A stretch of 63,907 nucleotides of DNA, the filler included, from Octopus bimaculoides (lineage: Eukaryota): NCBI RefSeq assembly GCF_001194135.2. It is 5 parts of 4 records of this genome, joined end to end, with 100 filler letters (N's around TTAATTAATTAA, not from the genome) between each part and the next. Parts side by side here need not be neighbours in the genome. Positions count along the whole stretch, not along the records: positions 15,999 to 27,033 come from NC_068981.1; positions 27,134 to 55,142 come from NC_068981.1; 3 more parts are not named here. One strand, 5' to 3'. The translations under genes and the position numbers were made by a program. Of this stretch, positions 20,613 to 31,958 are shown piece by piece; position 1 is the stretch's first letter; the number at the start of each line of letters is the position of its first letter. The notes under the pieces were generated by a model, which was given only the letters and a program-made list of their open reading frames with translations, ran no database searches and was not told the origin of the DNA.

Positions 20613-23600
20613 CATACATATTATACATACATACATACATACATACATACATACATACATACATACATACANNNNNNNNNNNNNNNNNNNNNNNNNNNNN
20701 NNNNNNNNNNNNNNNNNNNNNNNNNCACACACATACACATACACAAACAAGCACTACACACACGAGCACTACATACAAACATATATATATATATACACAC
20801 ACATTCAAAAGAAAGTAAGAAAATGCAGACAGCATTTAATACAAATTTATTATCTGCAAAAATCAAACATGACCTCTTACAGCTGTTTCAGTTAAGCCTA
20901 ACACATTAAAAACTAATTATTAAAATCATTATCTTAGGCAAATTCTCTTCAGAGGGGTACAAAGGACGAAATACTATTAAGTTTTTAAGTGTCATATTTT
21001 AGAATCATCACTGTAGACTGAGTATTATTTTATAATTAATATTGCTACATCCCCGGGATTATAAGTTGTTTTAGTGGGTAATGGATAATATGTGAATATA
21101 ATTATGGTAATAATAGGAAAATGAACAGACTTTGAATACTAAATTACAGTGAAGAAGCATATCATATCAATGAGAAGATAAAAAATAAATACTTAGGTAA
21201 GTTGCTTATGGAGCTGAAAGAAACATATTTAAAATCATACAGACATATATTAACACCGGTCAAAAAGCATTCATCGTTTAATTCAGTGCATATACATACA
21301 TACATATACATATGCATATACATATATATACGTGAAGTGCAAAAAATTAGGGTTAAATGAAAAGGGCTCCAGAATTCAGAGAGTAGAGACTAAAGTCTGA
21401 AGAGAAAATATTTATTCCTGCTCCAGATACACAGTGGAATGAGGGGTGGGCATCTGATAAAACTATATTCATTCTAAATTGCTCAAATAGGGTTATATAT
21501 GTAAAGTAGAAAGAAAGCCAACCCGAACAAAATAATAATAATAATAATAACTTAAAAACTCAACCCCAAAACATTTTGTGGCAATTTGAGTTTTCGTGTA
21601 TTGAGTCTTGAGTTGCAGTTTTTCGGGCGAGAAATGTGTTGAAGGTGCATTGCACCAGCATTCCAAATCTGTCTATTTTCCCCGTAAATCTAAAAACAAC
21701 ATCCTAACCCTGTCACCGTCTTGCTAGAGATTGAACTTATAGAAAAATCAACGAAATTAATCTCTTACTATTGGTTATTCTTTATATTACAATTAAATAA
21801 TTATGAAAATGCAAAACATCTATTTTGTTTCTTTCTTCAATGAATATTTGCTTTTTACCAGGGTTCAACACCAAAAATCTGCTTTTGCACATCATGCATC
21901 ACTTACAACATATATATTTCCTTAGTGTGTATTTAATAAGGTCTCACAGGAGCTCAACTACTGAAAAATCTGAAACACCAGTTTAAGAAAACAGTTTTCA
22001 AATTTAGCGGTGAATTTCACTAGGACCCTACAACGTGTCTATTTTCCGTCACGTATACTTGCAATCCTCATATTACATTCCCTCCGTACTCTTAACAACC
22101 ACAAACATACCTGCACAACTCCTATTAACAAAATCCACTTTATACACTAATACTTTTCAACAATATACACATTCAATTTTAGTGTCACACAGGCACTTAC
22201 AAACACTTGCAACCATACTTCAGTTATAGTCCCAACAACTACAGTTACTGTCATATCTTTCAAGTAAGTATTGATTCATTTGTATATTATGTTGTCCCCG
22301 TTCGTTGACCAGTTACTTCGCTGAGACTAATCCAAGAGACGTTGTCTTGTCTCCTATGTGTGTAAAGCATTCTTTCGACTCCAGGTAATGTTCATTAATT
22401 TTGAAGGCAAACATGATCTACAGTTTCAATAAACGTCGAGTGGCAACTAGGAATGTGAAACAACTTTAGTTTTACTTCCTCTCCCCACACCATAGAGCAC
22501 TGGACTACAAAATATCTGCACCCAGTACGTTCACAAGCCCTTTATTCTTCAAATCCCAAACGATACCCTTATCTGACAGTTCCTCCTTCACTGTCTTCAG
22601 TCAGATGTGGACAAATGTAACCCTTTAAAAAAATTCAATTATGTGAAAACTAATTCATAGAATTCTGTCATTAGTATTTTCATCATCTATTAACACCTGC
22701 CTAACCTACCTTAATCAACATCAACTACATAAAATATCCCTCCTCCCGCCTCCTCCTCCTCTTCCTCCTTCTTTACATTTGTCGTCTTCGTGTCTACTCT
22801 TATTCTATAAAGTTTTCGGTCCTGTACTATGTTACCATTATGTTATTACCGTTTTGTATAAATGTACAGACACACACACACACACTCACAAACATGCAAA
22901 TATACGCCCGTACATCATATAAAAGTGCATTCACTTGTCTAGCTGAGATACGCCTAACAAATATGAGTGGGTGTGTGTGTGTATGTGTGCGTGTGGTGGG
23001 GTATATACTAGCATATATGTCTGCATTTGCCACTAGCTGTTCCTGAGGCCGTGTATATGTATAAACGTGTATGTGTCTATTAAAACTTCTGTATATATTT
23101 TGGAGTTTGCTTCGATGTCATGAATGAAGATAAGTGATATGCTTTCATTAAATCATTCGTTATATGATTTCAATTCCTTTCGTTATATGATTTACCATTC
23201 ATTCCACTATTGCTGTTTTTTCGTCTTGTGAAACGGATATGACATCTACTCTACTGCATATGTCAAGACTTCATAGCAAATAGATATGATAGCATGCTGT
23301 TCTACACCCCAGGGCTAGAGGCTTTTAAGGAAAGCGTATCCTAGTAGCCTAGCAATTAAATTCGCCTCAAGTGTTTTTCAGTTTGACATTCTGATATCTT
23401 ACGAATTGTTTGTGAGTGAGTCACCAAATTGTGATATGCAGTTCCACAATTCAAGCATTGGCAGATAAGAGAATTCGATTGCTCTTTCATTAATCATACA
23501 TGCACATACGGACCTATACACAGAAATATATGAAGCTAAAAAAAGTTTGGAAATATCAATATGTAAAAGCAATACACACACTCACACATACACACACACG

Positions 23601-23942
23601 CACACACACATTCAACTGAAATGGTTTCATGCCCAATGTTCTAGATATGTATATGTGTGTGAGCATGTTTATGTATATATGCACAAACACGCACACCTTA
23701 TATGTGCGCACAGACTCGCATAGAGGCAAATATATACACATGTAAGTGCACATATATGCTTAAGTGTTTGGATGTGTGTGTATGTACGTATAAATATTTT
23801 TCTTGTGCTCTCTCTCAATTCAATTTTGTGTTGTCATTTTCTTAGTATAAACTCATCCAAAATGCGTGACAACACGCATTCATACATATATATATTCCTA
23901 CATACATGCATACATACACAGTGCACACAGCTACATACATAC

Positions 23943-23986
<44 letters not shown>

Positions 23987-24270
23987 CTGTGTGTGTCTGT
24001 GTGTGTGCATTATAAATAATTAAACAAACAAACAAACATACATACATACATACATACATACACACATAAATGTATACATACATACATACATACATACATA
24101 CATACATAGATACATGTATTTCCTTATCTATAAAGGCCATTGGAAAGTACCCTTAGGTGGGAATTCAGGAATAATCCTTCACGCTTCTATATTTGACACT
24201 GCCATGAGTATCAAGTACATTCTGTTAGTAAAAAGTAGTTATACTTTAAAATTCCTTTATCGTAATCAAG

Positions 24271-24309
<39 letters not shown>

Positions 24310-24568
24310 TGTGTGTGTGATAGTGTGTGCGTTTGCATGTGTAAGACTACGTGTGTTTCGACATGTTTTTGCCTAAATATTCGTCCTATATTGCTCGCAC
24401 TAGAAAGTTTATGGTAATTAAATCTGAATTATGAGCACTTCCTTTGGAACCTGTTTCCATATTTAACACAGCTATTGATGGATAGGAAATAGAACGACTA
24501 ACATTGCCGTTTCATTATCCCATCATCTGTAGACAGCTTACCTTTTTTGTATAATGGTGTGTATTTAA

Positions 24569-24790
24569 CCCATTAAGTCCCACCGTCCTATAAATAGGAC
24601 ACTAAATGAGAACATTAAATAAGCTATATCACATTGTCTCAGTGTCCTATTTATAGGACACCGAGTATTTCCATTTCTACTTGAAGTAATGGAGTTTTAA
24701 TAATTATGTTTTCATTTTAACCTATTTTCAATCATCTGTAAAAATTTAAAAGTAATATTCAGAAATGTAAGTACTGTGGGACTTAGTAGG
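24569..24790. mobile_element. piggyBac-type MITE
   Basis: TTAA at 24565-24568 and 24791-24794. Termini CCCATTAAGTCCCAC and GTGGGACTTAGTAGG, plus an internal inverted repeat GTCCTATAAATAGGACACT / AGTGTCCTATTTATAGGAC. Confidence 0.8.
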
Positions 24791-25267
24791 TTAAATCTAC
24801 ATTTGAAGAGATACGTGTTTAAAATACACATATTTTAATTGCATGCAAATAGTGAGACGAATGACAATGTCCGATCAACTCTTACATCTTTCAAGTGACA
24901 CCATATCTTTAATTTGATGCGAACTACACTAAGCACTCTCACATACAATCATAAATCATATTCAGTGTCTCGTGAGAATTTGGACATATTGCATTCCTTC
25001 CGCTCTCACCGGCTTTATATTCTGTCTTATGTTGTTGTAGCTACCATACTGATGCATGCAAACTGGATTGCATAAAAGTCCCAAAGTTGCAATTCATTTT
25101 TCATTTATACATAGCGGTATGCATTTTTAGAGATTGTGAAGCTATTAAACCTGGCATTGTCTCCGTGTGTTCTTTATAATTATTGGAGATGAGTTTGAAA
25201 ATAGGAACTTATGATCCATGAAACGTTCTGGAATAAGTTAAGTAAATAAATCAGACGTAAGAAATAA

Positions 25268-25286
25268 ATAACTCACTCTCTCTGAA

Positions 25287-25381
<95 letters not shown>

Positions 25382-25400
25382 TGTGTGTCTGTGTGTGTGT
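25268..25400. repeat. Long (GT)n microsatellite
   Basis: Directly visible. One of dozens of (GT)n, (TA)n, (CATA)n and (TATC)n tracts in the window. Confidence 0.97.
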
Positions 25401-26452
25401 CTGTGTTGGTGTCTGTGTATAATAACAATAATTCTAGGATGGAATTTATAAATATATATAGCATCGCTACGCGCGTTTCCACATCTCAAGTGATTTTCCC
25501 ATCAGAGTTGGTATAGTTCGACTTATTCGTGGATATCATTGTATAACCATGATGCAACCCTGGAAATCTGACTTACTAGTCAGTATCTTTAAAGATATAT
25601 ATACATACATATACGAATTTATGTATATATATATGTGTGTGTGTATGTGTGTGTGTGTGAGTGTGTGCATATATATATGTATGTATGTACATATGTATGC
25701 ACATATATGTATGTATGCATGTACATATGTGTGTGTACATATATTACAAATATTACTGCGAAGTATATATTTGGTTTTCAGTTGCATGATTATTTTTTCC
25801 TTCTTTATTTCTTTACATTTATCGAGCAACATTTTTCTTATTTGCATCATTGAACACATGATAAGTCAACAGCAGAAATGTTACAATTACTCATATACAG
25901 TAGGGAACTATTTCACTTGCCATTTTCTTTTACTTTCTAATAGGTTGTTTGATCAGCCCATCACTACTACAATCACCTCAAACCAAACTGCCGTGAACCA
26001 ACAGAACAGCCCTATCCATTATATTTCTTTACTTACATTTCTCTTTTCGTTCTCTTCATTTTTTCCTATATACCATAATTCCTAAAGTGACATCCTATTA
26101 ACTAAGATACTTTTGCATTTGAATTCGCATTCCTCCCTTCCCTGGTATTGACCCGACTATTAGTAATTACCCCTTCCTTCATTATTACTTTTGTTGATGC
26201 CTGTGTATTAACATAAATACGTGAGCTGCTCCTTTGGCCTTGGTCATTTCTCTTTCGCACGAATATATTCAGGGTTTTCAAATTGAAGTTATTAATGTTT
26301 CATGTTTCATGTCATATTTTTGCTTCTTTGTTATGTATAATTAGTGCCTAAATGTATGCGCCTGTTTTCACAACATGCAATACAGCATTTGGCAGTGACG
26401 AATATTTGAAGCCGCTTTTAACAACTATCTTCAAACTGTAATGTGAATATGT

Positions 26453-26793
26453 AGGTGCAGGCAAGGTTGGGTCATAAAACATTTCCTTTCTAACTTCATG
26501 GTTTCGGGTTCAGCCCCACATCGTGGCACGTTGGGAATGTGTTCTGAAATACGGTAGAGGAAAAATAAAAGACGTGATGTATTTGTATGTATACGTACGT
26601 ATATATGTGTTAGTGGTTGTCCCGCACCATAACTTGAAAACCATCTTTGGTTTATTTACGCCACTGTAACTTCGTTGCTCGGCAAAATAGACTGATTGGA
26701 TAAGTACCTGATTTTAAAATAACGTTTTCAAGTAAACCCATCAAGGTATTAACGCAGCATAATCGCAGACCAGTTACTGAAATAAGTAAAAGA
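26453..26793 (+). mobile_element. Diverged SINE family A
   Basis: Head GGTGCAGGC..., body GGTTTATTTACGCCACTGTAACTT, tail ACTGAAATAAGTAAAAGA. Confidence 0.6.
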
Positions 26794-27133
26794 AAACAGA
26801 TTGTATGAATAATGTATGCTATTTATTACTATTTGTGGTCTTTGTCCTTCACACTGGCAAAGCGTTTCTTATTCTGCTGGTCTACTTTTCCCTCATTAGG
26901 AACTTCGAAATTAAGAATCTGACCGTCAGAGCACTAATTTGGTTACACCAGTGTATAACCATTCTCGGGCACATATGTATGTATGCACGTTCGTATACAC
27001 AAGCACATATACATATATACGTATATATATATANNNNNNNNNNNNNNNNNNNNNNNNNNNNNNNNNNNNNNNNNNNNTTAATTAATTAANNNNNNNNNNN
27101 NNNNNNNNNNNNNNNNNNNNNNNNNNNNNNNNN

Positions 27134-27188
<55 letters not shown>

Positions 27189-27374
27189 ATATTATACCAC
27201 ACCACACACCACACCACAGCACCACACCACGCACCATCATCCACACACCTACACATGCACACACGGATAAATCAAGGTCACTAGCCCCTTCCACACGCAC
27301 ATACACGCTCTCACATACTTACACACGCGCACCTTCGTTTTGGGATCACCATTACTTTATTATCTCCCCTTCTT

Positions 27375-27600
27375 TCTAGCTCTCCTGTGGGACTCCTCTG
27401 TCCGGAATTCGCCATGATAGATCGCTAGCCACTAAATCTTTTCTATTTTCTCTCCCTGTTTATTTCTGTGTTCCTTTCTGCCGAAGAGCGTAGACTCGAA
27501 ACGTAAAGACTTTCTCACTTCCTGAGCGTTAAACTAATACATGTTTGTTGTTCACACACCCGTCTTCGTCCTTTGTTTTTTTTTGTAAATTCTCACTATA
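27375..27600 (+). mobile_element. Penelope-like terminal-repeat fragment carrying a degenerate hammerhead-like motif
   Basis: CTGCCGA-A-GAG-CGTAGA-CTC-GAAACGTA at 27478-27505. The downstream TTCCTGAGCGT is shared with the element at 53740-54090. Confidence 0.45.
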
Positions 27601-27737
27601 TGTATATATATCCGTATATATATAATTATATGTATATTTACACATATATATATCTATATCTATATANNNNNNNNNNNNNNNNNNNNNNNNNNNNNNNNNN
27701 NNNNNNNNNNNNNNNNNNNNNNNNNNNNNNNNNNNNN

Positions 27738-27772
<35 letters not shown>

Positions 27773-27775
27773 GTA

Positions 27776-28190
27776 TATTGTTTTATGAGTTTGAGCTCAA
27801 AGCTGTGGCCATACTGAGGCACCGCCGTTTTGCTACACTGTTTACACTGTTATTAATGGGACCCTCCTCTGATATGTGGCATTTGGTGAATAAGGGAGTT
27901 TGATATCGCTACCCTCATTTGAGCCTCATGCCGCGAGGTAAGTTCATCTGGGATTCACGACAGGAAAAGATCCAGTTTTGATTTGAAAACACCTACATCT
28001 ACTTTGTGTAGGTCCCTCTGGCTCTTTGGGAGAATATAAAAAAGCTGTGAGCCCCTGAAACCTAGGCTGTTGCAGTAACTGATCCTGAAGCGCGATGGCA
28101 TTGCTGGGATCTTTAGCACTGCGCAGTGGCGACTCGTTCTGGCATTTGTGTAGCTTTCAATGCCAAAATTTGGCACAATCCCTTCCATAT
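27776..28190 (-). mobile_element. 3' end of a CR1/L2-like (jockey group) LINE
   Basis: EGIVPNFGIESYTNARTSRHC...NSLGFRGSQLFYILPK...FKSKLDLFLS*IPDE...SNSLIHQ, then a short 3' UTR and a (TA)n tail. Confidence 0.75.
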
Positions 28191-28191
28191 A

Positions 28192-29793
28192 TAGTAGCGA
28201 GAAAAAAAAAAAAAAGAGAACGATTTATATTTTGTAAAATTTGGGAAAAGCTAGTAAATGTACAAATTCTCAATTGGTTTCGTAAATACGGTTAACCATT
28301 AGCTAAAGCCTGTTTGCACAATGGTCTTAATAAAAGTTAATAACACTAAAACTAATTTCGTCCAAATGTCTCATGTGCAAAATAAGAGAACGATCAAACC
28401 AAAAAATGCTTCAATTAATTCAAAACCATAATAATGATTGAAAGAAAAGTAAATATGAACTTAATACACTTAGTATGATGTTTTTAGACCTTTGCTAGAG
28501 ATCACCTTTGCACATCGATTGCCACAGGACATAAATTTCTTGCACAAGTCAGGTGTTACTTTCTTCCATTCCTCTTCTAATATCTCCCATAAATTCGTCG
28601 TAGTAGTTGGTGTCCTTTGTGTAACTTTGTCTCCAAGTATCTTCCAAAGGTTTTCAATTGGATTTAAGTCTGGACTTTGTGCTGGCCAATTTATTACTTG
28701 GATATTTTGTTCACTAAATAATCCAGTGACAGGCCTTGCACTATGACAAGGGGCGTTATCGTGTATGAAAATGCACAGCTGATTCGGAAATGTTCGTAAT
28801 GATGGGATCACATGCTGTTTAACCAAATTCAAATAGATATTAGCATTAAAAGTCCTTTTAATCTGCACTAGAGGGCCAACTCCTTCAGAAGAAATCATTC
28901 CCCACACCATGACGCTTCCTCCTCCAAACTTGGCAGATTTCTTCAGGAACTTGGATTTTAGCTGATCTCCTGTGAAGCGCCTAACATACTTTCTACCATC
29001 TGAACCTACTAAATTGAATTTGCTTTCATCGCTAAAATGAACTTTTGACCAATTTTCATCCCTCCAGTCCACATGAGCTTCTGCAAACGAAAGCCTTTCC
29101 AATTTGTTCTTCTTGTTGATGGTCGGTTTCGTTGCCGGAGAACGAGTCTTTAATCCAAATTCCTTCAGAGGACGAGACACTGTAAAGTGGTTCGCATCCA
29201 AACCATTATTTACTTTTATTTTCTTAGAAATTCCACCCGCAGTCTCGAAAGGATCCTTCAATACGTACCATTTCATGGCTCCATTATCTCGCATGGTGGT
29301 TTTGCGTGGTCTACCAGTTGCTTTTTTTTTGTTCAAATCCTTTAGTTTCTTCATGGAGTTTAAGAACACGTGAAACTACACTATTAGATCTCCTTACGTC
29401 TCGTGAAATACCGAAAGAGTCATTCTTGAAACTTACATCCTGACAATTTCTTTTTGGAGATCGAGAGTAAATTTAGCGTGGTGTGCCATGTTCGGAAGCT
29501 AGCAGAATATTGAGACGGTAATAACGTTGAGCTTGTAAATGTAAACAATATTTGAAATTTCCAGAAATTTCTGAAGGAAACTAATCGTTCTGTTATTTTG
29601 CACGAAACAATTGGAGGGAACTAGTGTTAGCGTTATTAAATTTTATTAAGACCATTGTACAAAATTAGATTTTTCAGAGAATTTAGCTAATGGTTAACCG
29701 TGTTTACGAAACCAATTACGGATTTGTACGTTCACTAGCATTTCCGACATTTAAAAAAAAATATTAATCGTTCTCTTCTTTTGCTCGCTACTG
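28192..29793 (-). mobile_element. Tc1-family DNA transposon, nearly full length (1602 bp), decayed
   Basis: TA on both sides. TIRs of about 145-155 bp begin (C/T)AGTAGCGAG. The transposase has GRPRKT, FSDESKF, VMVWG, HDNAPCH and SPDLNPIENLW, with 34 residues between the second D and the E. Confidence 0.93.
28470..29489 (-). pseudogene. Tc1 DD34E transposase pseudogene
   Basis: ATG at 29489 (MAHHAKFTLDLQKEIVRM*) is followed by a premature stop and two apparent 1-bp frameshifts. The frame is then open from GRPRK to the stop at 28470. Confidence 0.85.
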
Positions 29794-29795
29794 TA

Positions 29796-29920
29796 TATAT
29801 TAAAGTTAGATAAGGCTGCTTTATGGGATTACCTTACGTTTCACGTCCATAAAGGGCTTAGCTTTATGGACGTGAAACCTAAGATAATCCCATAAACCGG
29901 CCTTATCTAACTTTAATATA
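29796..29920. mobile_element. Hairpin MITE (short form, 125 bp)
   Basis: Near-perfect palindrome TATATTAAAGTTAGATAAGG...CGTCCATAAAG-GGCTTAG-CTTTATGGACG...CCTTATCTAACTTTAATATA. Confidence 0.85.
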
Positions 29921-30003
29921 TACTGCTCTATAAGCTTAGAGTGTGCTTCTTTCGGATTTATGTTTATGGACGATGTACATACATAATACATACATACATG
30001 CAT

Positions 30004-30045
<42 letters not shown>

Positions 30046-30280
30046 GTGGGGCGCGCGTGGAAACTCTACGAGCCACATGGTCTGAAAATTCTCATATTTG
30101 TTGGTACATATACCCTCACATACATGAACTTTAAAAAAATCTCTCTATCATACATTCATAGTTACATTCATATACATATGCATATATATCAATATACTAT
30201 ATCGCACACACATATATTCATACATGCATATATATTCTTTCTAATATAGACACAAGGCTAAAAGTTTGGTGGAGGAAGCT

Positions 30281-30430
30281 AGTCGATTACATAGCACTAG
30301 TGCTCAACTCGTGCTTATTTCATCGATCTAAATAGGATGAATGGCAAAGTCGGTGGAACTTTAACGCAGAACGTAAAAACAGACGAAATGTCGCTAAGCA
30401 TTTTAGCCGTTATGCTAACGATTCTACCTT
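30281..30430 (-). mobile_element. SINE family B
   Basis: GGATGAATGGCAAAGTCG...GACGAAATGTCGCTAAGCATTTT is the reverse complement of the family B core and head. Confidence 0.7.
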
Positions 30431-30899
30431 GTATGTGTGTGTGTGTTTGAATGTGAAAGTGGGAGAAATAGTTGTTAAAATATGTGCAATTCTGCGTATC
30501 GTGAGATCATTAGAGTTTTTATGTACATTCAGAGAAGCAAGTAGTCCCAGTCAAAACGAATTTTACAATGAATTCATTCAGTACTGTACCGTCTCATCAA
30601 TAAGTGTTCCAGTCTTAAACATGCTTTAAAAAAAAAGCCCCATTTTAACATAGTGACACGCGCACACGCACACCCACGCATGCGTATATTGGATAATCCG
30701 AACATTTTGATATAACTTTATATATATTCATACGCCTCACATACATGCATACATACATACATACGTACATGCATATATGTACATATATATACATACATGG
30801 ATATATAAATACACACACACTCGCAAACACACACACACATACATTTATAATCGCTAATATCGAGCAATGAAAATGAGTGCTCCACACTGCATTGTTGGA

Positions 30900-31050
30900 T
30901 ATTTGTGGGTTAACAAGACTACCAGTGTTTTCATGTTAGATAGTCCCACCCAAAATGGAGACGAGTACCAACACTTCCATGTAACACGCTTGAACAATTG
31001 GGAAAATCTCTTAACATGAAACCATTCGTAGCCTTGTTAACACAAGAATA
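30900..31050. mobile_element. Small MITE-like inverted repeat
   Basis: TTAACAAGACTAC...TTTCATGTTAGA pairs with TCTTAACATGAAA...GTAGCCTTGTTAA. Confidence 0.55.
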
Positions 31051-31059
31051 AAGTATTTT

Positions 31060-31469
31060 ATTCTTTTATTCTGAAACTTGTTTCAGTCATTTGATAGCAG
31101 CCATGCTGGAGCACTGCCTTTAGTCGAAAAAATCGACCTCAGAACTTATTCTTCGTAAGTCTAGTACTTATCCTATCGGTCTCTTTTGCCGAACCGCTAT
31201 GTTACAGGGACGTAAACATATCAGCAACGATTGTCAAGCGATAGTGGGAGGGGGGCAAATACAGATACACACACACACAAATACACACACATACATCTAT
31301 ATATACGACAGGCTTCTTTCAGTTTCCGTCTGCCAAATCCACTCACAAGGCTTTTGGTCGTCCCGAGGCTATAGTAGAAGACACTTGTCCAAGGTGCCAC
31401 AGAGTGGAACTGAACCTGGAACCATGTGGTTGGAAAGCAAGCTCCTTATCACACAGCCACGCCTGCGCC
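31060..31469 (-). mobile_element. SINE family A, full length
   Basis: Homologous to 42541-42950. Confidence 0.85.
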
Positions 31470-31474
31470 TAATC

Positions 31475-31630
31475 AGATGTCACCGGATCTATTTTCAGCA
31501 AGACAATTGCCCCGTTCATAAGGCTAGGAAAGTTTTGCAATATTTTGAGCGCAATAATATGGTGGTTATTGAGGGGCTCGATATTCTCGATATTGCTCCA
31601 ATCTGGCCAGCCCCAAGGAAAAACTAAGCT
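31475..31630 (+). mobile_element. Fragment of a second Tc1-like transposase
   Basis: IYFQQDNCPVHKARKVLQYFERNNMVVIE matches the Tc1 FQQDNAPxH region. Confidence 0.65.
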
Positions 31631-31915
31631 AAGAGCATTAGATTCCTTGGAAGAAAGCAGCGAATGTATACAAAAACAAGGACGGAAAAAACGAACAATG
31701 TTACACAAATACAATACAAATAAAAATAATAACAGGACATAACAACAGATGTTTTTCGACTAAGGACGAATTAAATTAAGCTGGCGTGTGTGGAAATCAA
31801 GCCTTACAGCAGGGATACAAGATTTCACAGGCACAGGGAGGAATATCAATGCTGCACGCAAAACGGCCGGCCAAGAAAGAAAGATCTGGCTTGGCCGAAC
31901 GCCAGTCACGTGGGA

Positions 31916-31954
<39 letters not shown>

Positions 31955-31958
<4 letters not shown>

